64,000 nucleotides of DNA from Octopus sinensis (taxonomy: Eukaryota): positions 6,324,001 through 6,388,000 of the forward strand of contig NC_043025.1 in the NCBI RefSeq assembly GCF_006345805.1. Reading direction: 5' to 3'. The position numbers and the translations under genes are program-made. Positions within the stretch are counted from its first letter, which is position 1. Every line of letters starts with the position of its first letter. The notes beneath the pieces were generated by a model. The model was given only the letters and a program-made list of their open reading frames with translations. It was not told the DNA's origin and did no database searches. Shown here piece after piece: positions 11,001 through 23,512 of the stretch.

Positions 11001-14000
11001 TACTTTTGGCCGGATATGGCCAGTTTGATCATAAAACAGGCAGAATACTTTTGGCCGGATATGGCCAGTTGATCATAAAACAGCAGAATACTTTTGGCCA
11101 GATCCGGCCAGTTTGATCATAAAACAGGCAAATACTTTTGGCCAGATCCGCCAGTTTGATCATAAAACAGGCAGAATACTTTTGGCCAGATCCGGCCAGT
11201 TTTGATCATAAAACAGCAGAATACTTTTGTCCGGATATGGCCAGTTTGATCATAAACAGGCAGAATACTTTTGGCCGGATATGGCCAGTTTGATCATAAA
11301 CAGGCAGAATACTTTTGTCCGGATATGGCCAGTTTTATCATAAAACAGGCAGAATACTTTTGGCCAGATCCGGCCAGTTTGATCATAAAACAGGCAGAAT
11401 ACTTTTGGCCAGATCCGGCCAGTTTGATCATAAAACAGGCAGAATACTTTTGGCCAGTTTGATCATAAAACAGGCAGAATACTTTTGGCCGGATATGGCC
11501 AGTTTGATCATAAAACAGGCAGAATACTTTTGGCCGGATATGGCCAGTTTGATCATAAAACAGGCAGAATACTTTTGGCCGGATATGGCCAGTTTGATCA
11601 TAAAACAGGCAGAATACTTTTGGCCAGATCCGGCCAGTTTGATCATAAAACAGGCAGAATACTTTTGGCCAGATCCGGCCAGTTTGATCATAAAAGGCAG
11701 AATACTTTTGGCCAGTTTGATCATAAAACAGGCAGAATACTTTTGGCTGGATATGGCCAGTTTGGACATAAAACAGGCAGAATACTTTTGTCCGGATATG
11801 GCCAGGTTGATCATAAAATAAGCAGTGTACTTTTGGCCGGATATGGCCAGTTTGATCATAAAACAGGCAGAATACTTTTGGCCGGATATGGCCAGTTTGA
11901 TCATAAAACAGGCAGAATACTTTTGGCAGGATATGGCCAGTTTGGACATAAAACAGGCAGAATACTTTTGTCCGGATATGGCCAGTTTGATCATAAAACA
12001 GGCAGAATACTTTTGGCCGGATATGGCCAGTTTGATCATAAAACAGGCAGAATACTTTTGGCTGGATATGGCCAGTTTGATCATAAAACAGGCAGAATAC
12101 TTTGGGCTGGATATGGCCAGTTTGATCATAAAACAGGCAGAATACTTTTGGCCGGATATGGCCAGTTTGATCATAAAACAGGCAGAATACTTTTGGCCGG
12201 ATATGGCCAGTTTGATCATAAAACAGGCAGAATACTTTTGGCAGATCCGGCCAGTTGATCATAAAACAGGCAGAATACTTTTGGCCAGATCCGGCCAGTT
12301 TGATCATAAAACAGGCAGAATACTTTTGGCCAGATCCGGCCAGTTTGATCATAAAACAGGCAGAATACTTTTGTCCGGATATGGCCAGTTTGATCATAAA
12401 ACAGGCAGAATACTTTTGGCCGGATATGGCCAGTTTGATCATAAAACAGGCAGAATACTTTTGGCTGGATATGGCCAGTTTGATCATAAAACAGGCAGAA
12501 TACTTTTGTCCGGATATGGCCAGTTTTATCATAAAACAGGCAGAATACTTTTGGCCAGATCCGGCCAGTTTGATCATAAAACAGGCAGAATACTTTTGGC
12601 CAGATCAGGCCAGTTTGATCATAAAACAGGCAGAATACTTTTGGCCAGTTTGATCATAAAACAGGCAGAATACTTTTGGCCGGATATGGCCAGTTTGATC
12701 ATAAAACAGGCAGAATACTTTTGGCCAGTTTGATCATAAAACAGGCAGAATACTTTTGGCCGGGTATGGCCAGTTTGATCATAAAACAGGCAGAATACTT
12801 TTGGCCGGATATGGCCAGTTTGATCATAAAACAGGCAGAATACTTTTGGCCGGATATGGCCAGTTTGATCATAAAACAGGCAGAATACTTTTGGCCAGAT
12901 CCGGCCAGTTTGATCATAAAACAGGCAGAATACTTTTGGCCAGATCCGGCCAGTTTGATCATAAAACAGGCAGATACTTTTGGCCAGTTTGATCATAAAA
13001 CAGGCAGAATATTTTGGCCGGATATGGCCAGTTTGATCATAAAACAGGCAGAATACTTTTGTCCGGATATGGCCAGTTTGATCATAAAACAGGCAGAATA
13101 CTTTTGGCTGATATGGCCAGTTTGATCATAAAACAGGCAGAATACTTTTGGCTGGATATGCCAGTTTGACATAAAACAGGCAGAATACTTTTGTCCGGAT
13201 ATGGCCAGTTTGATCATAAAACAGGCAGTGTACTTTTGGCCGGATATGGCCAGTTTGATCATAAAACAGCAGAATACTTTTGGCCGGATATGGCCAGTTT
13301 GATCATAAAACAGGCAGAATACTTTTGTCAGGATATGGCCAGTTGGGACATAAAACAGGCAGGCAGAATACTTTTGGCCGGATATGGCCAGTTTGATCAT
13401 AAAACAGGCAGAATACTTTTGGCTGGATATGGCAGTTTGATCATATAAAACAGGCAGAATACTTTTGGCGGATATGGCCAGTTGATCATAAAACAGGCAG
13501 AATACTTTTGGCCGGATATGGCCAGTTGATCATAAAACAGGCAGAATACTTTTGCCAGATCCGGCCAGTTTGATCATAAAACAGGCAGAATACTTTTGGC
13601 CAGATCCGGCCAGTTTGATCATAAAACAGGCAGAATACTTTTGGCCAGATCCGGCCAGTTTGATCATAAAACAGGCAGAATACTTTTGTCGGATATGGCC
13701 AGTTTGATCATAAAACAGGCAGAATACTTTTGGCCGGATATGCCAGTTTGATCATAAAACAGGCAGAATACTTTTGGCCGGATATGGCCAGTTTGATCAT
13801 AAAACAGGCAGAATACTTTTGTCCGGATATGGCCAGTTTGATCATAAAACAGGCAGAATACTTTTGGCTGGATATGGCCAGTTTGATCATAAAACAGGCA
13901 GAATACTTTTGGCTGGATATGCCAGTTTGGACATAAAACAGGCAGAATACTTTTGTCCGGATATGGCCAGTTTGATCATAAAACAGGCAGTGTACTTTTG

Positions 14001-16777
14001 GCCGGATATGGCCAGTTTGATCATAAAACAGGCAGAATACTTTTGGCCGGATATGGCCAGTTTGATCATAAAACAGGCAGAATACTTTTGTCAGGATATG
14101 GCCAGTTGGGACATAAAACAGGCAGAATACTTTTGGCCGGATATGGCCAGTTTGATCATAAAACAGGCAGAATACTTTTGGCTGGATATGGCCAGTTTGA
14201 TCATAAAACAGGCAGAATACTTTTGGCCGGATATGGCCAGTTTGATCATAAAACAGGCAGAATACTTTTGGCCGGATATGGCCAGTTTGATCATAAAACA
14301 GGCAGAATACTTTTGGCCAGATCCGGCCAGTTTGATCATAAAACAGGCAGAATACTTTTGGCCAGATCCGGCCAGTTTGATCATAAAACAGGCAGAATAC
14401 TTTTGGCCAGATCCGGCCAGTTTGATCATAAAACAGGCAGAATACTTTTGTCCGGATATGGCCAGTTTGATCATAAAACAGGCAGAATACTTTTGGCCGG
14501 ATATGGCCAGTTTGATCATAAAACAGGCAGAATACTTTTGGCTGGATATGGCCAGTTTGATCATAAAACAGGCAGAATACTTTTGGCCGGATGGCCAGTT
14601 TTATCATAAAACAGGCAGAATACTTTTGGCCAGATCCGGCCAGTTTGATCATAAAACAGGCAGAATACTTTTGGCCAGATCCGCCAGTTTGATCATAAAA
14701 CAGGCAGAATACTTTTGGCCAGTTTGATCATAAAACAGGCAGAATACTTTTGGCCGGATATGGCCAGTTTGATCATAAAACAGGCAGAATACTTTTGGCC
14801 GGATATGGCCAGTTTGATCATAAAACAGGCAGAATACTTTTGGCCGGATATGGCCAGTTTGATCATAAAACAGGCAGAATACTTTTGGCCAGATCCGGCC
14901 AGTTTGATCATAAAACAGGCAGAATACTTTTGGCCAGATCCGGCCAGTTTGATCATAAAACAGGCAGAATACTTTTGGCCAGTTTGATCATAAAACAGGC
15001 AGAATACTTTTGGCTGGATATGGCCAGTTTGGACATAAAACAGGCAGAATACTTTTGTCCGGATATGGCCAGGTTGATCATAAAACAAGCAGTGTACTTT
15101 TGGCCGGATATGGCCAGTTTGATCATAAAACAGGCAGAATACTTTTGGCCGGATATGGCCAGTTTGATCATAAAACAGGCAGAATACTTTTGGCAGGATA
15201 TGGCCAGTTTGGACATAAAACAGGCAGAATACTTTTGTCCGGATATGGCCAGTTTGATCATAAAACAGGCAGAATACTTTTGGCCGGATATGGCCAGTTT
15301 GATCATAAAACAGGCAGAATACTTTTGGCTGGATATGGCCAGTTTGATCATAAATCAGGCAGAATACTTTGGGCTGGATATGGCCAGTTTGATCATAAAA
15401 CAGGCAGAATACTTTTGGCCGGATATGGCCAGTTTGATCATAAAACAGGCAGAATACTTTTGGCCGGATATGGCCAGTTTGATCATAAAACAGGCAGAAT
15501 ACTTTTGGCCAGATCCGGCCAGTTTGATCATAAAACAGGCAGAATACTTTTGGCCAGATCCGGCCAGTTTGATCATAAAACAGGCAGAATACTTTTGGCC
15601 AGATCCGGCCAGTTTGATCATAAAACAGGCAGAATACTTTTGGCCAGATCCGGCCAGTTTGATCATAAAACAGGCAGAATACTTTTGGCCAGTTTGATCA
15701 TAAAACAGGGAGAATACTTTTGGCCGGATATGGCCAGTTTGATCATAAAACAGGCAGAATACTTTTGGCCGGATATGGCCAGTTTGATCATAAAACAGGC
15801 AGAATACTTTTGGCCGGATATGGCCAGTTTGATCATAAAACAGGCAGAATACTTTTGGCCAGATCCGGCCAGTTTGATCATAAAACAGGCAGAATACTTT
15901 TGGCCAGATCCGGCCAGTTTGATCATAAAACAGGCAGAATACTTTTGGCCAGTTTGATCATAAAACAGGCAGAATACTTTTGGCTGGATATGGCCAGTTT
16001 GGACATAAAACAGGCAGAATACTTTTGTCCGGATATGGCCAGTTTGATCATAAAACAGGCAGTGTACTTTTGGCCGGATATGGCCAGTTTGATCATAAAA
16101 CAGGCAGAATACTTTTGGCCGGATATGGCCAGTTTGATCATAAAACAGGCAGAATACTTTTGGCAGGATATGGCCAGTTTGGACATAAAACAGGCAGAAT
16201 ACTTTTGTCCGGATATGGCCAGTTTGATCATAAAACAGGCAGAATACTTTTGGCCGGATATGGCCAGTTTGATCATAAAACAGGCAGAATACTTTTGGCT
16301 GGATATGGCCAGTTTGATCATAAAACAGGCAGAATACTTTTGGCCGGATATGGCCAGTTTGATCATAAAACAGCAGAATACTTTTGGCCGGATATGGCCA
16401 GTTTGGACATAAAACAGGCAGAATACTTTTGGCCGGATATGGCCAGTTTGATCATAAAACAGGCAGAATACTTTTGGCTGGATATGGCCAGTTTGATCAT
16501 AAAACAGGCAGAATACTTTTGGCCAGATCCGGCCAGTTTGATCATAAAACAGGCAGAATACTTTTGGCCAGATCCGGCCAGTTTGATCATAAAACAGGCA
16601 GAATACTTTTGGCCAGATCCGGCCAGTTTGATCATAAAACAGGCAGAATACTTTTGTCCGGATATGGCCAGTTTGATCATAAAACAGGCAGAATACTTTT
16701 GGCCGGATATGGCCAGTTTGATCATAAAACAGGCAGAATACTTTTGGCTGGATATGGTCGGTTTAAATGCTAAAGGG
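8059..16777 (+). repeat. ~190 copies of a 45-bp satellite (with 35-bp variants) amplified inside a piggyBac-like MITE
   Basis: The unit is agtttgatcataaaacaggcagaatacttttggccggatatggcc. The array is bracketed by TTAA|CCCTTTAGT at 8055-8067 and GCTAAAGGG|TTAA at 16769-16781. Confidence 0.95.
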
Positions 16778-16968
16778 TTAAGATAAAAAAAAAAACTATC
16801 TACAACAAAGAACATGAAAAATTCTGCTCTCTCTCTCCTTTTAATTTTTTCTCCTGAAGGAGGAATGTGTTCAAAACATTGGATTCTCCACTCGCCATGG
16901 CAACTATGCTGACCAATTTTCACTCCCAAAGATGAGACAATAGTACAAAATGATGTTGCCATACTTAA

Positions 16969-17187
16969 CCCTTTAGTGTTCAGATTATTCAATCAAACAT
17001 AATGCTTATTGATTCCCATTGATTTGAATTAATCATGCATTATCTCATATCTTCAAGATCTTGATGGTGTAATTACTTAATGTGGAATAATATTGTAGGG
17101 TAGATGTGAGAGCCTGGATCTGGTCAGTTTGAACATAAAACAGATTAACCATTTTGGCCGGATATGGCCGGTTTAAATACTAAAGGG
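16969..17187 (+). mobile_element. Intact 219-bp piggyBac-like MITE
   Basis: There is a TTAA duplication on both sides (16965-16968, 17188-17191) and terminal inverted repeats CCCTTTAGT/ACTAAAGGG. CCC...GGG ends with a TTAA target are the piggyBac signature. There is no ORF. Confidence 0.88.
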
Positions 17188-17295
17188 TTAAACATAATGG
17201 TTCCAAACAGGTAGAGAGAAAATAACAAGGAATCCGAGATCCCTTATTTTGCCCCAGCCCCCTATAAATATCTACATAAGAAAAAATAACGAGAC

Positions 17296-17497
17296 CTTCT
17301 TCTTCTGCCGTATCGTCGAGGTTTAAATAGGAGACAGCATAATCCACAACATATTTTTCCATAGAGGATCCGGAAGCCATCAGCCATCAAGTTTCCTATG
17401 TTTGTTAGACATAGCAACGTCAACGGGATGCCAAGCACAGCGTAGAATATTGTGACGATGCGTCCATAAGGGGTTTTCGGAGCCACATGACCATAAC
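17296..17497 (-). CDS. K2P potassium channel, internal exon: P1 filter GYG and M2
   Basis: The minus strand reads ctctctctctcattacag|GT TAT GGT CAT GTG GCT CCG, which translates as (G)YGHVAPKTPYGRIVTIFYAVLGIPLTLLCLTNIGNLMADGFRILY. This is the classic K2P exon that starts inside the TIG|YG filter codon. The only phase-2 donor compatible with the 6242 acceptor is AAG|GTCTCG at 17296/17295, which is weak, so the 3' boundary is less certain. Confidence 0.88.
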
Positions 17498-18263
17498 CTG
17501 TAATGAGAGAGAGAGAAGAGAGGTGTCAGGGCATTTAGAAACAAGTGTGTGTGTGTGTGCGTGTGTGTGTATGCATGTGTGTATATTATTTTATTCTTTT
17601 GTTTGTCATTTTGACTGTGGCCATACTGGAGCACTGCCTTTAGTCGAACAAATCGACCCCAGGACTTATTCTTTGTAAGCCTAGTACTTATTTTATTGGT
17701 CTCTTTTGGGGATGTTAGTTAGTTAGTTAGTTAGTTAATGAGAAACGAAAACATAGAAACAAACTTTTTTTTGAACAACGAAAAAAACAGAGAAATGAGT
17801 CATACAACATAAAGAAAATTCCCCTTCTTCAGTTGTCCCTGTTTCATCTACTCCGCATTACGAAGGCAAGGACAACATGTGACTTTGTTGAAACAGTCCT
17901 TGCAAGTGATGGTGGGGTACAAACACAGAGACACAAATTCATACATTTATACCAAACTGGCCCTCGTGCCAGTGGCACGTAAAAGCACCCACTACACTCT
18001 CGGAGTGGTTGGCATTAGGAAGGACATCCAGCTGTAGAAACACTGCCAGATCAGATTGGAGTCTGGTTCGCCAGACCTCAGTCAAAGTGTTCAACTCATG
18101 GAAAGCAGACGTTAAATGATGATGATATGTATGTATGTATATAATTTAGAGAAAAACCACTAGTAAACAATTCAATGAAGAAAGAGGTTATTTACACCAT
18201 GTAGAAAACAAACTATAAAAAAACCTTATTTTAAAAATCAATAAAGTACAATAAATAGTAAAA

Positions 18264-18386
18264 AGGCTACGCATGTTTCATGGCTATATTTTCAAATAGA
18301 TAATAATAATAATAAAATCAATTCGAACCAAAATTAAGTCGAACTAATATTATTTCTATTTAAAAATATAGTCACTCATCAGGTCT
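18264..18386 (-). ncRNA. Minimal type-I hammerhead ribozyme motif (Penelope-like-element type), slightly degenerate
   Basis: The minus strand reads agac-CTGATGA-gtgactatatttttaaatag-[56 nt]-ctatttgaaaatatagccat-GAAAC-atgc-GTA-gcct. Helix II is 20 bp with one mismatch and two G.U pairs, helix III is 2 bp, and helix I has 3 of 4 bp. Confidence 0.65.
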
Positions 18387-18672
18387 AAGATAATAAAAAA
18401 TAATAATAGAATAAATGTACTTAACTTATACTAATTATCAAATAAATATATAAAAAAATACATGTATTAACTATAAATAATCAAAAAGCATTTAACAATA
18501 TTTCTTAAAATAAAAATATAACTTATCTTGTCGAAGGATTTATGTTAGTATAGGAATTGAAATCACGATCACTAGTTTGTGAGTGCAACACCCTAACCAC
18601 TAAGTCATATATATATATAATATACATACATATATATAATATACATACATATATATAATATACATATATATA

Positions 18673-18705
<33 letters not shown>

Positions 18706-18941
18706 TGTGCGTGCATCTGTGTTGTCCCTACATTACTGCTTGACAACAGGGGTTGGTCTGTTTATGTCCCAGTAACTCAATGGTTTGGCAAAAGATTCAT
18801 CTGTCCAAAGTTCTTCTTGTAAAAGATGTTTCAACAAATGACCCACCATTTATTTCATATTACATATAAGAGCCTATATGAAAGTTACACAATTTACAGC
18901 GAGTTCATTTCATCAGGGATCATCATCATTTAATAACTGTT

Positions 18942-19162
18942 TCTTTACTACCCACAAGGGGCTACACACAGAGGGGACAAACAAGGACAGACAAACGGAT
19001 TAAGATGATTACATCGACCCCAGTGTGTAACTGGTACTTAATTTATCGACCCCGAAAGGATGAAAGGCAAAGTCGACCTTGGCGGAATTTGAATTCAGAA
19101 GGTAGCCGCGGACGAAATACGGCTATGCATTTTGTCCGACGTGCTAACGGTTCTGCCAGCTC
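18942..19162 (-). mobile_element. SINE family A copy
   Basis: It is near-identical in layout to 5396-5624. Confidence 0.8.
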
Positions 19163-19271
19163 GCATGGTTTGGACAGTTTGACAGGAGCCAGCCAGGTAG
19201 AAGATGACACCAAGCTACTGTGTCTGTTTTGGTATGGTTTTTACGGTTGGATGCCCTCCCTAACACCAACC

Positions 19272-19657
19272 GGAGGCGCAATGGCCCAGTGGTTAAGGCA
19301 GTGGACTCGCGGTCGTAGGATCGCGGTTTCGATTCTCAGAACGGGCATTGCGAGTGTTTATTGAGCGAAAACACCTAAAAGCTCCACGAGGCTCTGGCAG
19401 GGGATGGTGGTGATCCCTGCTGTACTCTTTCACCACAACTTTCTCTCACTCTTACTTCCTGTTTCTGTTGTACCTGTATTTCAAGGAGCCGGCCTTGTCA
19501 CTCTCTGTGTCACACTGAATATCCCCGAGAACTACGTTAAGGGTACACGTGTCTGTGGAGTGCTCAACCACTTACACGTTAATTTCACGAGCAGGCTGTT
19601 CCGTTGATCGGATCAACCGGAACCCTCGTCGTCGTGACCGACGGAGTGCTTCCATCC
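19272..19657 (+). mobile_element. tRNA-derived SINE (family C) with a 10-bp target-site duplication
   Basis: The head is ggaggcgcaatggcccagtggttaagg...ggtttcgattctc (A/B-box-like). AACACCAACC is duplicated at 19262-19271 and 19658-19667. A reverse 3' fragment of the same family lies at ~6385-6455. Confidence 0.75.
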
Positions 19658-19980
19658 AACACCAACCATTTTACAGAGTGGACTGGGTGCATTTTACTTG
19701 GCACCAGTACAGGCAAGGTTGGTTTTGGCATGGCTTTTACAGTTGGATTCTCTTCCAAATGCAAACCACTTCACTGTGGACCGGATACTTTTATATTTGT
19801 TATATTCTGGGATGGTATTTTTCCCCCCACCAAAACACAGACACTATATATTCGTTCTTCACTTTGTCTGGAAAGCTTTCTTCACGCATTCTGTGATCTC
19901 TTCAGCAATTTTCCATCCTATACGTCTCCTCCTGCTACACACACACATACATTGAAATGCAACAAAGACCTGACAAAATG

Positions 19981-20013
<33 letters not shown>

Positions 20014-20199
20014 TGTAGTGAATGCACATGGCTAAAATGACCGAACCATGTTTGGACATGTGACCAGCATATAAAAACCAATGACTTTAGGATTTCTGAT
20101 ACCATTTCCATAGAGACGTAAATATATTTAGTAGAGAAAATGGTGATGGCGCCAAGGTGTTTGTCTGATGAGCAATGAAGGAAATGAGGTGGATAGGTG

Positions 20200-20249
20200 C
20201 GCGTGTGTGTATATATATATATACATACACATGTATATATGTATATCTA

Positions 20250-20281
<32 letters not shown>

Positions 20282-20578
20282 CATACACATGTATATATGT
20301 ATATCTATTTCTGTGTGTGTGTATATATATATTATATATACACGTACACACACACATGTATATATGTATATCTATTTCTGTGTGTGTGTGTATATATATA
20401 TATATACACACACACACACTCATTACTGTAATACATGAACATATGTATATAAAAATTTAAACACACACACACACAAATATAATGTATACATATATGTACC
20501 TCTACAAATGAATACATACAGATTTCATGCGTATGCACACATTTGTAAGAGATATATGAATATACATGTATATGTATG

Positions 20579-20611
<33 letters not shown>

Positions 20612-20941
20612 GTAAACAAACATACAGATTGTTTTGTGTATAGACACAGACATATGTGCTCACTTACAGACGCATACATAGACTATCTCACACACACAGA
20701 GACAGACACACGTCCCTACACACACCTGTGTACTATAAATTAGCCAGTTTATATATAAACAGTCTCGTTGCAACCAGCAAATGACAAACAGTCAGTAGTT
20801 ATGGAAAATCAGAAAGCAAAGTAATTGCGGCTACATGAATGCATGTGTGTACACATACACACACATGTTCAGATGTATATACACACACACACACCACACA
20901 CACACACATATATATATGTGTATATATATATAATATATATA

Positions 20942-20991
<50 letters not shown>

Positions 20992-21115
20992 TATACAAAT
21001 CATACATGCAGACAAATATATATATATATATGTACACACACACACACACACATCTGTATTTCTATATATGTTTAGATATACACATATGTATGCATACATG
21101 TAGACAAACACGTAT

Positions 21116-21149
<34 letters not shown>

Positions 21150-22420
21150 GTATCATATACAAATCATACATGCAGACAAATATATATATATGTATACACA
21201 CACACACATCTGTATTTCTATATATGTTTGGATATACACATATGTATGCATACATGTAGACAAACATGTATACACATACAAATACCACACACATATATCA
21301 TCCACAGACACACACACACTTGCATGTATACATAAGCTCAGATATACACTTACATATGCACGCATGCAAACAAACAGATACATATATGTACATACAAATA
21401 AGCACGACACACACAAATATACAAAAACACATATACACACACACACACACATATACATAAGCTCTGATATACACACGCAAACAGATACATATATTGGCAT
21501 ACAGATAAACATATGACACAGACATCATATATATATATATATATACACATGTAAACAGACAGATACATGTATGTATACACATCACACAAACATATGACAG
21601 ACATCATATATATATACACACACATACACACACATACACATGTAAACAAACAGATACATGTATGTATACACATCACACACACATCGTAATACAGGTGTGC
21701 AAACACATTGTACACATACCAATACTTGCCAATATACACACACACACACACACACACATGTATACATACACTCAGATCTACACACATATATGGACACATG
21801 CAAACACACACACACACATCATACACAAGCAAAAACACACACACATACACACATCATCATCATCATCGTGTCAAAGTCTATTTTCTTTGTACTAGTATGG
21901 CAGAGACAAGACACATACATACGCACATATATTGTGTGCATACACACACACACATTGCATAAGCACACATACTCACACACATTGCATAAGCACACATCAC
22001 AAACAGACGCGCACACACACTGCATCATCATCATCATCATCATTTTAATATCTCCTTTATGACTATTGTTGAGACCAGACACACATGATTGTATCACATA
22101 CACATGTACACACACACATATGACGTATGCATGCACACACATGTACACACAGACATACACGTATGCTCACACACACGTCACATTGCACATGCACACATAC
22201 AGTACATCACATGCACACACACACACACCATATCACATGTATAGACATACACATATGTACATGTACACACACACACGTATGCACGTGCACACACACACAC
22301 ACCATCTGCACCATTTTGTCTATTTGCATGGCTGTAACAGGACACACACATACACGAACATATACTGTGTGAACACACAGACACACACACACACACATGC
22401 CACATCATCGTCGTTTTAAT
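20200..22420. repeat. CA/TA-rich low-complexity region with short local duplications
   Basis: It contains (ta)n and (ca)n tracts plus repeated blocks such as atacatacacatgtatatatgtatatctatttctgtgtg and atcatatacaaatcatacatgcagacaaat. Confidence 0.85.
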
Positions 22421-22632
22421 GTCTATTTCCCTTGTATGGTTGAAACCAGACAAACACACGTCACCCCCACCCATCATCTTCATTGTCTACTTGCCCCAAC
22501 AAGCAAGGCTGAGACAATAAACACACACACACACACACACACACGTGTCCCTTGTGGTATTTCTTATTATTATTTACAGAAACATAAAATTCAGCACCAT
22601 TTACCAAATAATCGCAGAAAAAAAAAATATAT

Positions 22633-23469
22633 AGGCGCAGGAGTGGCTGTGTGGTAAGTAGCTTGCTAACCAACCACATGGTTCCGGGTTCAGTCCCACT
22701 GCGTGGCATCTTGGGCAAGTGTCTTCTGCTATAGCCCTGGGCCGACCAATGCCTTGTGAGTGGATTTGGTAGACGGAAACTGAAAGAAGCCTGTCGTATA
22801 TATGTATTTATATATATGTATGTGTGTGTGTTTGTGTGTCTGTGTTTGTCCCCCTAGCATTGTTTGACAACCGATGCTGGTGTGTTTACGTCCTCGTCAC
22901 TTAGCGGTTCGGCAAAAGAGATCGATAGAATAAGTACTGGACTTACAAAAGAATAAGTCTCGGGGTCGAGTTGCTCGACTAAAGGCGGTGCTCCAGCATG
23001 GCCGCAGTCAAATGACTGAAACAAGTAAAAGAGTAAAAGAGTATAGGCGCATGAGTGGTTCCGGGTTCAGTCCCACTGCGTGGCACCTTGGGCAAGTGTC
23101 TTCTACTATCGCCTCGGGCCGGCCAAAGCCTTGTGAGTAGATTTAGTAGATGGAAACTGAAAGAAGCCCATCATATATATAGATATGTATCTATGTGTGT
23201 GCGTGTATATGTTTGTGCATCTGTGCTTGTCCCCCCCAACATCACTTGACAAACGATGCTGGTGTGTTTATGTCCCCTGTAACTTAGCATCACCTACAAC
23301 AAAGGACACATTAGATAATGTAGTCCTAGATACACTATGTCTGAATATGTGTTTGTATGTGTGTGTAATGATGGAGGGGCATGGGTGGGATATCTCTGGT
23401 CAAAAATTTGATCAGAGTTAAACAACAACCTCACCTATACAAAAGTTTGTAGGTTAAATGAAGATTGTA

Positions 23470-23512
<43 letters not shown>

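Noticed and set aside
8191-16786. Long ORFs on both strands (SLIIKQAEYFWPDMA, GYGQFDHKTGRILLA and MIKLAISGQKYSACF repeats), including a GYG triplet
   Set aside because: The 45-bp unit is a multiple of 3 with stop-free frames, and frames are broken at random by 35-bp units and indels. The GYG is coincidental and unrelated to the channel filter.
19272-19345. tRNA gene (likewise the heads of SINE A and B)
   Set aside because: There is no complete cloverleaf, and each head continues into a SINE body with many dispersed copies.
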